A stretch of 64,000 nt of DNA, from positions 248,001-312,000 of the forward strand of contig CBFFSA010000005.1 in the NCBI GenBank assembly GCA_965644495.1, written 5' to 3'. This document shows, in pieces, positions 63,201 to 64,000 of the stretch (position 1 is the stretch's first letter; each line of letters opens with the position of its first letter). This stretch comes from Perkinsela sp. CCAP 1560/9. Its lineage: Eukaryota; Protista; Euglenozoa: Kinetoplastea. The position numbers and the translations under genes were made by a program. Below the pieces are notes generated by a model, which made no database searches, was not told where the DNA came from, and saw only the letters and a list, made by a program, of their open reading frames with translations.

Positions 63201-64000
63201 ATGACCTACGACCTTTCCTCTTCCATCACTCGCCGCGGTTCTCTTCCTCTCTGGGACATCTCCCACACAGGTGCTCTGGGAAACACACGAATGCAGGTCC
63301 CGGGTGTCGTCATCTCTCACCCGGACTACATGCAGGACATGCTCCGAGAGCTTCACGCGCGCCGTCCCCTCTCCCCACACGGCGGCTCCTCACCTTGTCT
63401 GCTTCAACTCGCCCATGCCGCCTCCCTCCCCGGGGCGGTGCTCCACGCTGTCGGGTTACCTGACATGCACACCGGGTATGGCTTTGCCATTGGCAATGCC
63501 GTAGCCACCGATTTCGAGGCCAACGGGGTGATCTGCCCCGGAGGGATTGGGTTTGACATCAACTGCGGGGTCCGGGTGCTGCGGACGAACCTAACGGTCG
63601 AGGCGTTCACCCCGGAGACCCGGGAGCGACTCGCTCAGGAGCTGTATAACCGGATATCGGTGGGGACCGCTACCCGGGACTTTGTAAAAATTAAGGAAAA
63701 AAATGTGGATGAGATTCTGGAGTGTGGGATGGATTGGGCGATTCGGGAGGGGTACGCCTGGGGAGAGGACGCGGACCGCTGTGAGGAGTTTGGACGGATG
63801 AGGTGTGGCGTGGCCGCGGCGGTATCCCACCGCTCTCGACGCCGAGGGGTGCCGCAACTCGGAACCCTGGGCTCTGGAAATCATTATCTGGAGGTCCAGG
63901 CGGTGGAGGAAATTTACAACCGCTCCGCGGCCTCCTGTTACGGTTTATTCCATGGACAGGTGGTAGTGATGCTTCACACTGGGTCCCGAGGTCTGGGCCA
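63201..64000 (+). CDS. rtcB: RtcB-family RNA ligase, 5' part (runs off the window; absent from the ORF track)
   Basis: ATG at 63201; LPDMHTGYGFAIG, PGGIGFDINCGVR, QLGTLGSGNHYLEVQ, MLHTGSRGLG. Confidence 0.95.
   Translation, partial: MTYDLSSSITRRGSLPLWDISHTGALGNTRMQVPGVVISHPDYMQDMLRELHARRPLSPHGGSSPCLLQLAHAASLPGAVLHAVGLPDMHTGYGFAIGNAVATDFEANGVICPGGIGFDINCGVRVLRTNLTVEAFTPETRERLAQELYNRISVGTATRDFVKIKEKNVDEILECGMDWAIREGYAWGEDADRCEEFGRMRCGVAAAVSHRSRRRGVPQLGTLGSGNHYLEVQAVEEIYNRSAASCYGLFHGQVVVMLHTGSRGLG

Overview
Compact, intron-less eukaryotic DNA. About 39 host genes all lie head-to-tail on the + strand, many preceded by a polypyrimidine tract and AG, which is the layout of a kinetoplastid polycistronic transcription unit. 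FIP1 with a CCCH finger, a DEK-C/2xHMG TDP1-like protein and a dispersed short-LRR family suggest a Perkinsela-like early-branching kinetoplastid (inference). Housekeeping genes include P4H, GT25, FIP1, RPF2, a Rieske protein, mt-L17, MND1, an RlmI-like MTase, proteasome beta-3, RPB9, PMS1/PMS2, FKBP12, SPF27, ferredoxin, OXA1, bromodomain-ET, SERF, a USP, 14-3-3, Nup93-like, VTI1, PPR, PP4R3 and RtcB. The intergenic spaces carry many mobile elements: a near-complete hAT-type element (1464-4924; 6-bp TSD, apparent DDD triad, one frameshift), a Stowaway-like MITE, three copies of a Tc1 family, a PIF/Harbinger-type element with ATT TSD and an intact unknown Cys-rich ORF nested in a Merlin remnant, a foldback element with palindromic-array TIRs and 8-bp TSD, and a decayed non-LTR reverse transcriptase. 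The most striking unexplained signal is a series of ~1-kb GC-rich islands that switch from C-rich to G-rich at their centre, regardless of gene boundaries. All family assignments are by motif recognition only; no searches were run.
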